From the IMG/VR virus record IMGVR_UViG_3300005918_000012: DNA of 64,000 bases. One strand, written 5' to 3'. Positions 1 to 7,549 of this stretch are shown in pieces. The position numbers and the translations under genes are program-made. Origin of the DNA: a virus. Under the pieces are notes generated by a model, which made no database searches, had not been told where the DNA came from, and saw only the letters and a program-made list of their open reading frames with translations. Position 1 is the stretch's first letter. Every line of letters begins with the position of its first letter.

Positions 1-74
1 GTATTTTAGCTAAATGAAAATATTTGGCTTAGTTTCTCCCACTTGTGGGTTGTTGAGGTAAGGAGGTATCAATC

Positions 75-419
75 ATGAAAACAAGGATTTTAAGAGCGTA
101 TAACTCAAAAGGGCATCCTGGACTTTATAAATTACAAGTCTACGGAGGTCTTTGGCCTTTTGCAAAATGGCATACTGTTTATGCTTTTTTTAAGAAGGTA
201 GATGGAGAATTGAAAACTCAGGTAGTTAAAGAGTGTAATCTGGACACATTACCTACAAAATGGAATGAAGGCCCAGAAGATTACATTTGTGAATTTAGTT
301 GGTCACAGGTAGTGATGGCAAAAGAGGTCTATTATTTTAAAACAGAAAAAGTTAAAACCAAGAAACTTTATAAGTGGGAACTATTGCAAGAAACTATGAC
401 TGACCGTAACAACGGCTAA
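75..419 (+). CDS. Hypothetical protein (114 aa)
   Basis: Strong SD AGGAGGT at 61-67; followed by an intrinsic terminator; no recognisable motif. Confidence 0.75.
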   Translation: MKTRILRAYNSKGHPGLYKLQVYGGLWPFAKWHTVYAFFKKVDGELKTQVVKECNLDTLPTKWNEGPEDYICEFSWSQVVMAKEVYYFKTEKVKTKKLYKWELLQETMTDRNNG

Positions 420-434
420 CCGAGAGGCTCAAAC

Positions 435-470
435 AAAAACCCCGACCATTTATTTGATCGGGGTTTTTTT
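435..470. terminator. Intrinsic terminator, probably bidirectional
   Basis: AAAAACCCCGA...TCGGGGTTTTTTT: GC stem with an A-tract on the left and a T-tract on the right, between convergent genes. Confidence 0.85.
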
Positions 471-514
471 GTTGGCTGGTTGACTCAAATTGAGTTTCTA
501 GTCAACCAGTCAAC
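471..514. repeat. 15-bp inverted repeat (second hairpin abutting the terminator)
   Basis: GTTGGCTGGTTGACT (471-485) vs AGTCAACCAGTCAAC (500-514), with one G-T pair. Confidence 0.8.
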
Positions 515-520
515 TAGAGT

Positions 521-2044
521 TTAACGTCTAATACTACGGAAACCACCAGCTCGTTCGGCATCAGCAATGACTTCTTGTACCAGTTTCAGATGTTCTTTGA
601 GTCGGTATTCGAGATCTCTGAGGGCTATCTCCTCGTAGGAGTCTGAGCTTCCTTGGCCTAAATACCATAGTGTTTTTTGCGTTTTCAAACTCAAGGGTAA
701 GATGAGTTGTGTAGGCATGTCTTCAAACTGTTTAGATTTCTTACCAGGGGTAACAACTTTAACAGCAGGGGCAAAGGTTATCGGGGCTTTGACATCCGGG
801 GCTGAGGTAAAGGTTATTGGAAAAGAAGTTAGTGGCATAACAACTGGTTTGGGTTTCATTTTCTTCGGAGCAACATCAAGGGCTTCCAAATCTTTCAGAA
901 TGGCATCAACATCAATACTTTCGGTAACAGATGCAACTTCTTGGTCAGAAATAGGTTCTTGATACGGGACAGCTACCCCGTTTGGTTCGTCAAGTTTTAT
1001 AGGGTCAGGTTGTGTTATTTTTTTATAACACAACCCTATTTCTTCTTTAGAAGGCATTAGTAAATCAGACAATTCTTCTTTTCTAAGCCATACTAAGAAT
1101 CGTTTTACTGATGTATAGATAGAATGCATTGTTGATTCGGCATAATCCGGGGAGATGTGTGTAAAAAAGTTCTGGACTGATTCTTTAGTAATATCTTCGG
1201 GTTTCGTTTTCTTACCGACAACGTCTGCAAAATCCTGAATGTGGTTCCCGTGGCTTTTTTGGTGAGTTTTACTTGCACGTTTGATTTTGGGGGGGAGATC
1301 TTTCAGATGTTGTTTTACCGCTGTTTTTAAAGTTTTGGTCAAATTGTCCTCCTTCACCCCATTATCTGTAGGGGTTGCTAGTATTTCTGGGAATTCTAAT
1401 GGGTTAAGGTCACTTGTTTTCGGGATGAGGTTTGAAACATATTCGTATTTTTTAGCACCTTCCATACCTGTATCTTTTATTTTGAGAGAACCTTCAGCCA
1501 AAAGTTGGTCAATCCCTTTTTTGGCATCGGTTTTTGAAACTTGGAAAAAATCCATAACATCCTTTAATGTTGGATATTGAGGATATTTATTGCCAGAGTG
1601 AGCCTGTTGATAACAGTACCGCATGTAATTCCGAACGATACTTTTTTGCCAGTCGTTTTTAAAGTTGGGAGTAAAGGGATCAATACTAGCATACCCACCA
1701 AAACATACTTTTTCAATATGCTCTCTTAATAGGAAACTTGGTTGATATCTAATGACACCAACACCATGTGTTATGTCAAGAAAACCTTTTTGAGTTAAAG
1801 ACTCCAGATATTCTTCTACAGACCCTGTTCTTAATTCTTTAATACGAATAGGGCGGTTCCAATTTTTATTTGCATACTTGGGATCTCTTAAAAACCCTTT
1901 CTGAAAAGCCTCGTTTTTCTTTTCTTTTTCTTTTTTCAAAAAAGAACAGATTTCTACATCTGTCCAGTGGCCGTGAAAGCCATCACCAGCTTGAAGCATA
2001 ACTTTGAAAAGTTCAAATCCGTGTCTGTTTATAACTTTTAACAT
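521..2044 (-). CDS. Putative DNA-binding protein: winged HTH + integrase N-terminal SAM-like (core-binding) domain + possible C-terminal ribbon-helix-helix; no recombinase catalytic domain
   Basis: wHTH-like YPTLKDVMDFFQVSKTDAKKGIDQLLAEGSL; SAM-like ...PEDITKESVQNFFTHISPDYAESTMHSIYTSVKRFLVWLRKE; no HxxR/Y motif downstream; AAAGGA SD-like sequence upstream on the minus strand. Confidence 0.6.
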   Translation of the reverse strand: MLKVINRHGFELFKVMLQAGDGFHGHWTDVEICSFLKKEKEKKNEAFQKGFLRDPKYANKNWNRPIRIKELRTGSVEEYLESLTQKGFLDITHGVGVIRYQPSFLLREHIEKVCFGGYASIDPFTPNFKNDWQKSIVRNYMRYCYQQAHSGNKYPQYPTLKDVMDFFQVSKTDAKKGIDQLLAEGSLKIKDTGMEGAKKYEYVSNLIPKTSDLNPLEFPEILATPTDNGVKEDNLTKTLKTAVKQHLKDLPPKIKRASKTHQKSHGNHIQDFADVVGKKTKPEDITKESVQNFFTHISPDYAESTMHSIYTSVKRFLVWLRKEELSDLLMPSKEEIGLCYKKITQPDPIKLDEPNGVAVPYQEPISDQEVASVTESIDVDAILKDLEALDVAPKKMKPKPVVMPLTSFPITFTSAPDVKAPITFAPAVKVVTPGKKSKQFEDMPTQLILPLSLKTQKTLWYLGQGSSDSYEEIALRDLEYRLKEHLKLVQEVIADAERAGGFRSIRR

Positions 2045-2114
2045 CTCTATCCTTTCGAGTTCCTGTTTCTTATTTTCTTATACCCTCTTTTTTCATTTTT
2101 ATTTAAAACAGCAC

Positions 2115-2142
2115 TTGACAGTGGCATTTTGATGGGTATAAT
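2115..2142 (+). promoter_or_regulatory. Consensus sigma70/sigmaA promoter for the MerR + VIT-vWA pair
   Basis: TTGACA (2115-2120), 16-nt spacer, TATAAT (2137-2142), then SD AAGGAG at 2154-2159. Confidence 0.85.
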
Positions 2143-2166
2143 AAGAAGCATGAAAGGAGTATGCCG

Positions 2167-2556
2167 ATGAAATATACTATGAGTGAGTTAGCGGAAAGAT
2201 CCGGGGTGACAGCCAGAACGATCCGCTACTGGATTGGAGAGGGTCTCCTGAAAGGTCCTTTGGGTGGTAAAGGGCATGGAGCCTATTACACTGACGACCA
2301 TTTGAAGCGTCTCCAAACTATTCAAGAAATGAAAAATGGCCAAGGAGATCAGGAAGGGATGACTTTGAGGGATATCAAGTCTACTCAAGATGGTTGCAGT
2401 AATCTTGAGTTCAAAGTTACTCGTCCGACACACATTTGCCCTATGGATGGGGTAGACCTAATAATTGCTGAGAATATTCCGTTACATTACCGACGTGCTT
2501 TTATCCAAGCTATAGTTAATGTAGCCAATTCTATTACAAACAGACGAAGGAGTTAA
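2167..2556 (+). CDS. MerR-family HTH regulator
   Basis: YTMSELAERSGVTARTIRYWIGEGLL..P.....A.YTDDHLKRLQTIQEM...GMTLRDIK is the MerR N-terminal pattern. ATG 2167 preferred over 2161 on SD spacing. Confidence 0.88.
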   Translation: MKYTMSELAERSGVTARTIRYWIGEGLLKGPLGGKGHGAYYTDDHLKRLQTIQEMKNGQGDQEGMTLRDIKSTQDGCSNLEFKVTRPTHICPMDGVDLIIAENIPLHYRRAFIQAIVNVANSITNRRRS

Positions 2557-2559
2557 GAG

Positions 2560-5070
2560 ATGAATCCATTTAATAATGAAGAAGAACCCAGAGGAAACGT
2601 CCTCATTGAAGCAGGGTCTGGTTTAGCCGTCCCCCTTACTATGCAGAGGATGGATTTAGCTGGTCGAGTAACTCCTGCAGGAGCAATGCTCAGAGTAACC
2701 CATCAATTCAAGACTGAGAGTGATGGTCCGATTGAAGCTATCTATACATTTATGTTGCCCCGGAACGGTACGCTCAGACGATTCATCGTCAAGGGTGAGG
2801 ATTTCGAGGTTGAATCTAAACTGGAAGTTCGTAAAGAAGCAAGAGCTAAATACGAAGAAGGTGTTGAAGCAGGCCATCTGTCCGTTTTGGCAGAAGCTAA
2901 CCCTGATGGTATGGTCTCCTTGTCCGTTGGTCAAGTACAACCGGATGAGTTGATAACGGTTGTGATGGATATCATATCTGGTGTGGAACTCAAGGATAAT
3001 ACTTACAGATTCCGATTCCCGTTCACTTTAGCTCCCAGTTATCATGCTAGAGCTACAACTTCTTCGACAGGGAAAATGCAACTACCGACAGATGTATTTG
3101 GTGATCTTATTTTACCTGAGTGGAAGGATGATGCCAGCGGTCTTCATCAGGTATCGTTCACGATGAATGTTGAAGCAGCCGGTAAATTAGATTGCGTCTC
3201 CTCACCATCTCATCGTATTCAAGTCAGACCAAATGGAGAAGGTTCTGTTGAAATCAAATTGTCAAGTGCCGGAGATATTCCGAACCGTGACTTGGTTATT
3301 GATGTGCAGGCTAAAGAAGTTGAAGCCTCTGTATTTGCCGATACTAAGCTCGTCTCCAAGAAGACCAGTAAAGATGATCCCAAGATTCCGAAGGATGCTC
3401 CCCGATGGGCAGCTCTTGTCCCATCGAGCCTGATTCCGAAGATGAAGACAACCCCCAGAAGAGTTTGTTTCGTCTTGGATGATTCCGGTTCAATGAGTGG
3501 AGCACCTATCAAGCAGGGAAGATTAGCTCTCCGAGCCTGTTTGTCAGCTCTTAGGCCGACAGATGAGTTTGGTCTGATGTATTTCGGATCAAATTACACC
3601 AAGTTTGATGACAACATGGCCAAGGCCACCGATGCCAACCGGAAACGGGCAGATAAATTCATCGATCCGATTGGTGCTAGTAGTGGTGGGACAGAACTGG
3701 CTGCGGCTCTTGGAGCAGCTATAAGTATTCTGGATGGTTCTGGTGGGGATATTTTCCTGATGACCGATGGCCAAGTGTTTGAGTCCAGTACCATTATTGA
3801 ACAATGTGCTGCTGCTGGGACACGAGTTCACGTTCTGGGTATTGGATCAGCCAGTCAAGATAGATTCCTTGCAAGTCTTGCTCGTCGAACAAATGGTCAG
3901 CAGGGGATGGTTGGAGTGACCGAAGATATTACTTCTAAAGCATTGGGACTTTTCAATGCTGTCAGGCAACCTGTCCAGACCAATCTGAAAGCTTATGTTG
4001 TTACAGGTAAGAAAATGGCTCAGGAGCATGAAGTAGATGTTATCTGGGACGGTTATCCTATTTTGCTGACGGATGACGGTACAACCGGTCTGAACGCCCC
4101 CACAGCTATATCTTTTACATGGGGCAAAGGGAAACAAGCCAAGAAGGTCAAAGTTCCTATGAATTACATCCAAGAAGTTCCGAATGGTCTTTCTTGTCTT
4201 CTGTATGCAGGTCGTCAGGTTGAAGATCTGGAGAATGCTATAGATGCCGCTCTGAAAGATAGCCCTGCCAGAAAAAATTCAGAAATTATGCTGAAGGCTG
4301 TTTCAACGACTTACGGGCTGGCTAGTCAAGTGATGTCCCTGATTGCCGTTGTAAAACGAGCAGGGGATCAAGCTGGACAGCAACCGGAACAGAGAGTTGT
4401 GGCCGTGGGTACTCCTGAAGGAATGGCTAACCGCCAAAATAGTAGGGGTATGCTCCGTGGGATGCTCGTTGATTCTTGTAGTGTGATGCTCGTTGATTCT
4501 TGTAGTGTGAGTGGAGGAAGCAGTACCCGTTATGGATCTTCACCATCGGTTAATTATTGTGCTCAGACCCTCGGATTTATGGATGGTGAGCCTGAGAGAA
4601 GTACACAACCACTAGGTTTCAGAACTAGAACCAAGAGCTCTAGCTTATCAAGTTCGATAACTAAGGATCTTGAGAATCTTAATGATTCCATTACTGCTTA
4701 TAGTGCAGATGAGGATTACGGTTTGGTTTGTTATATAGTCAAACTTCAATCTGATGGTGGTTTACCAGGCCTTACTCGGAAGAAACGTGCCCATGAGACG
4801 GCTATTCTGGCTTTGGCTGCTCATATGGAAGATCAGGGCAGTGATTCTCCGAGCTACAGCCTCCATATAGAGAGGATGCTGGAATTCTTGAACCATTACC
4901 TTGACCTGAATGCTGGTAAAGACCCAAACATGGCTCTTTTGGTTGGGATTATTGAAGCAGGTCAGACTGCTTTAAATGAGGATTGCAGACAGATTCTCTG
5001 TAATAGTCCAATGTCAGGTGACTCTGAAATAAACTGGGCTCACCTATCAGGTGCTTTATCCAGCCTCTAA
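2560..5070 (+). CDS. VIT + von Willebrand A domain protein
   Basis: VIT motif (IEAIYTFMLPRNGTLRRF...EARAKYEEGVEAGHLSVLAE); vWA with intact MIDAS (LDDSGSM, GGTEL, MTDG); C-terminal LQSDGG helical region; SD AGGAG; no signal peptide. Confidence 0.9.
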   Translation: MNPFNNEEEPRGNVLIEAGSGLAVPLTMQRMDLAGRVTPAGAMLRVTHQFKTESDGPIEAIYTFMLPRNGTLRRFIVKGEDFEVESKLEVRKEARAKYEEGVEAGHLSVLAEANPDGMVSLSVGQVQPDELITVVMDIISGVELKDNTYRFRFPFTLAPSYHARATTSSTGKMQLPTDVFGDLILPEWKDDASGLHQVSFTMNVEAAGKLDCVSSPSHRIQVRPNGEGSVEIKLSSAGDIPNRDLVIDVQAKEVEASVFADTKLVSKKTSKDDPKIPKDAPRWAALVPSSLIPKMKTTPRRVCFVLDDSGSMSGAPIKQGRLALRACLSALRPTDEFGLMYFGSNYTKFDDNMAKATDANRKRADKFIDPIGASSGGTELAAALGAAISILDGSGGDIFLMTDGQVFESSTIIEQCAAAGTRVHVLGIGSASQDRFLASLARRTNGQQGMVGVTEDITSKALGLFNAVRQPVQTNLKAYVVTGKKMAQEHEVDVIWDGYPILLTDDGTTGLNAPTAISFTWGKGKQAKKVKVPMNYIQEVPNGLSCLLYAGRQVEDLENAIDAALKDSPARKNSEIMLKAVSTTYGLASQVMSLIAVVKRAGDQAGQQPEQRVVAVGTPEGMANRQNSRGMLRGMLVDSCSVMLVDSCSVSGGSSTRYGSSPSVNYCAQTLGFMDGEPERSTQPLGFRTRTKSSSLSSSITKDLENLNDSITAYSADEDYGLVCYIVKLQSDGGLPGLTRKKRAHETAILALAAHMEDQGSDSPSYSLHIERMLEFLNHYLDLNAGKDPNMALLVGIIEAGQTALNEDCRQILCNSPMSGDSEINWAHLSGALSSL
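4461..4508 (+). repeat. Perfect in-frame 24-bp tandem duplication (MLVDSCSV x2)
   Basis: GATGCTCGTTGATTCTTGTAGTGT at 4461-4484 and 4485-4508. Confidence 0.95.
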
Positions 5071-5095
5071 TCTCTACAAGTTGTAGTAATCTAAA

Positions 5096-5127
5096 GGAGT
5101 GTTCTCTCACGAGGGCACTCCTTTTTT
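5096..5127 (+). terminator. Intrinsic terminator closing the MerR/VIT-vWA unit
   Basis: GGAGTGTTCTC-TCAC-GAGGGCACTCC followed by TTTTTT. Confidence 0.9.
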
Positions 5128-5140
5128 CCATTTTTGGGTT

Positions 5141-5175
5141 TCGTTATATTGCTTATATTGCCCGTAAGAGTGAGG
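5141..5175 (+). promoter_or_regulatory. Putative phage late-promoter motif, copy 1 (upstream of tail tube)
   Basis: TCGTT-N8-TATA-N12-GTGAGG; same spacing as copies at 36786, 47395 and 55735. Confidence 0.55.
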
Positions 5176-5247
5176 GTTAGAAATTTATGACTCTCCCTTC
5201 ACCTGTTAAATAGGTGTGGATCGAAACCGTAGATGGAGGTCTTTATA

Positions 5248-6084
5248 ATGCCGAATCTTGATAACAACACAGCAAACACCGGAGTAGGTGGAACATCGTA
5301 TATGTACGATTACGGGACAAGCCCGAACACCAGAACTGCGGTTAGCCAGAAAGTTCGTATTCTGACACCTCATGTTGGAAATACAACTACGATGGCTCAG
5401 ATGGGTGTGCTGTCTCAATTTAACCCCTCACAAAGCAGAACTGTTGAGCCTGTACGTGGTATAGGTTTCGGGGACAAGGTTTCCGAGCTGGTACCTTCCG
5501 TAACAGAACCGACAACTGGTAACTTTGAACGAGCACTCTTATACCTGTGTAACTTGTGGCAAGCCACTGGTTATGCTTCTGGTGTAGATGGCCCTGTTCG
5601 TTCCTTAGCTCATCACAAATGGCCTTTCGATGTTGAACAGCAAGTCGTGTTCAGTTCATTGGCTGATGAGGATCTAGGCGTTGCAAACATAGGTACTGGA
5701 AATGATGCCGGTACTTTCGATGGTGGTGTTAGCCAAGTCAATTACGGCAAGGTTACTCCAAATGAGAGCGTTACTGTTCCTGGTAATGGCGATCAAGGAC
5801 ATTCAGCCATCATTACAGTATACGAAGCCTGCTGGTTCAATAGCTGGTCAACCACTTTTGCCAAAGACTCTGGCCTTATTATGGAATCTGGTGATGTGAC
5901 CGTTACTGACGTACATGACTTTGCTTCTATCTATGGTGAGTTCATGGCTACTGGTAATGACCCAACGGTCGGACAACTTGGTTCCATTCGATATGCCGAA
6001 TCAGGCTTCGATGTAGCCGGTGTTGGAGGCCGAGTAAACGTAGGTGGTGAAGGCCAAGGACTCGTAGCTTTACAACAACCATAA
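5248..6084 (+). CDS. Tail tube protein (gp19/Hcp-like fold)
   Basis: Pattern G..SQFNPSQSRTVEPVRGIG...ELVP...ERALLY...PFDVEQ...TVYEACWFNSWSTTF......IMESGDVTVTDV; lies upstream of chaperone-like and tape-measure genes. GGAGGT at 5235-5240 favours ATG 5248 over 5233. Confidence 0.7.
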   Translation: MPNLDNNTANTGVGGTSYMYDYGTSPNTRTAVSQKVRILTPHVGNTTTMAQMGVLSQFNPSQSRTVEPVRGIGFGDKVSELVPSVTEPTTGNFERALLYLCNLWQATGYASGVDGPVRSLAHHKWPFDVEQQVVFSSLADEDLGVANIGTGNDAGTFDGGVSQVNYGKVTPNESVTVPGNGDQGHSAIITVYEACWFNSWSTTFAKDSGLIMESGDVTVTDVHDFASIYGEFMATGNDPTVGQLGSIRYAESGFDVAGVGGRVNVGGEGQGLVALQQP

Positions 6085-6089
6085 ATCCA

Positions 6090-6292
6090 TACTTTACTCT
6101 AACTGGGTAAAGTACAGGTAAACCTGGGAACAATCCAGCAGCCTGTTAAAACCGACATACTGACTGATAGACAAAAATTTTGAGCTTTTTACCTCCCCTC
6201 TTGGGATGGTTAGACAAATAAACTGACTGACTAACATGCTCATCTTGTGCTATCTAGGGCTGCTAAGGTTGTTTCCCTTTACAGAAGGGAAA
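6090..6292 (+). ncRNA. Candidate cis-acting structured RNA in the tube-chaperone intergenic region
   Basis: Hairpin 6090-6114; long-range helix 6126-6144 with 6257-6277; internal hairpin ACCTCCC-CTCTT-GGGATGGT; competing hairpin 6272-6292 over the SD of the 6302 gene. Confidence 0.5.
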
Positions 6293-6301
6293 TACGAATA
6301 A

Positions 6302-7546
6302 ATGGAACAGATTACACTTGATGCTCTGGAGAGTGCCCTCGCCCCTATCGAAGCCATCGGTAAAAGTGAGATTACTTTCAATGTAAACGGGTCGGACTCG
6401 AATACTATCGTGACGCTACGGATGCTTCTTCCAGAAGAAGGAATCATGGCTCAGAGGTATGCTTCGGAGGTCTTAGATGATAAGAATCAGAAAAGCCACG
6501 ATGCTTTGGAGTATCTGGAACGGTTCAAGATTGGCCTTCTTTCTTATTCTCTGGTGGCTATAGGTCCTCTCGATCTTCATGATGTTAAATACATTGAGAC
6601 AGGGGAGAAACTAGAGACAGGAGTAGCCATTAAGGAACCTACACATATTGCTATGCGTAGACTACTCCTTCGATGGACTCAGGATATCCGAACTCGGATG
6701 TTCAACAAACACTCTGAATTATTAACCAGAGTCGAAATGGCTGCCGAGAAAGCTATTGAGTTCGACCCTGTTGATCTAGCTCTTGAGATTGAAAGAGTTG
6801 AGAAACGTCTTGAAATGTTAAAGACGGCTCAGGAACAAGATCCAAATGCTGCTCCGTCCATTATTCGGGATCAGGTTAAAGACATTGTTAAAATGGATAA
6901 AATGGATTCTCAAGGTCGTCGAGAAGCCGTTGATAAATTGAGGGATAAACAGGCCGGTATAGTTACACCACAGGCGGAAGAACCAGTAGCCTCTGAGCAA
7001 GCTCCCGAGCAAGCTCCTGTAAAAGAGTCTTTTTATGAAGATGTTGGCACACCTCCTCCTGAACAAGAACCACCCCAAGCTCAACCAGAACCACTCCAAG
7101 CTCAACCTGAACCTCAAACTGCTCCCCAACCTACTCCACAAGCTCCGCCAGCATACCCAGATCAGTCGTTTGTTGATACAGGGGATACTGATGGGATGTT
7201 AGCTGCTGTAGAGGCTGAGAACCAGCGTTTGCTGGCTGCTCGTGCCGGAACTTTACCACCTGCTCCCGGGGCTATGAATGCAATGAGGGCAGAAAAGGTA
7301 GCCCAACAAGCACCTCACTTGGCTGCCCGAGTAGTAAGTGAAGAACTGCAATCTGAGGAACTCCAGATATTACAAGCTACTCGTAAAGCAATGGCCGAGC
7401 CTACAGAGAAGCTAGGAGATGTTGATGTTTTCAAAGCACCTACGGAAACCTTGGATCGTCGTCCCCCTGCTGATGCTCCCGTTAGATCGGCTGCTATAAA
7501 TAAATCTAACAATCCTCGGTTCACTCCAGTTAAAAAAGGTTTGTAA
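6302..7546 (+). CDS. Putative tail assembly chaperone-like protein 1 with Pro/Gln/Glu-rich C-terminal half
   Basis: Between tube and tape measure; N-terminal ITFNVNG...VTLRMLLPEE pattern; coiled coil; low-complexity linker with short tandem repeats (6995-7017, 7067-7108). Confidence 0.55.
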   Translation: MEQITLDALESALAPIEAIGKSEITFNVNGSDSNTIVTLRMLLPEEGIMAQRYASEVLDDKNQKSHDALEYLERFKIGLLSYSLVAIGPLDLHDVKYIETGEKLETGVAIKEPTHIAMRRLLLRWTQDIRTRMFNKHSELLTRVEMAAEKAIEFDPVDLALEIERVEKRLEMLKTAQEQDPNAAPSIIRDQVKDIVKMDKMDSQGRREAVDKLRDKQAGIVTPQAEEPVASEQAPEQAPVKESFYEDVGTPPPEQEPPQAQPEPLQAQPEPQTAPQPTPQAPPAYPDQSFVDTGDTDGMLAAVEAENQRLLAARAGTLPPAPGAMNAMRAEKVAQQAPHLAARVVSEELQSEELQILQATRKAMAEPTEKLGDVDVFKAPTETLDRRPPADAPVRSAAINKSNNPRFTPVKKGL

Positions 7547-7549
7547 CTT

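Noticed and set aside
521-2044. Functional integrase marking a prophage boundary
   Set aside because: Only the SAM-like domain is visible; no R-K-HxxR-H/W-Y catalytic set, no att-like repeat and no host genes nearby.
2121-2136. Classical MerR-activated metal-resistance promoter
   Set aside because: Spacer is 16 nt rather than 19-20, and no metal transport or detoxification genes follow.
6995-7150. Short tandem repeats as a CRISPR-like or regulatory array
   Set aside because: They are in-frame 12- and 21-bp units encoding a Pro/Gln/Glu linker, with no spacers.
7528-7546. AAAAAAG as a -1 slippery site for a G/GT chaperone fusion
   Set aside because: Codons read GTT AAA AAA GGT, not A AAA AAG, and the downstream ORF is in the 0 frame, so a -1 shift would not join them.
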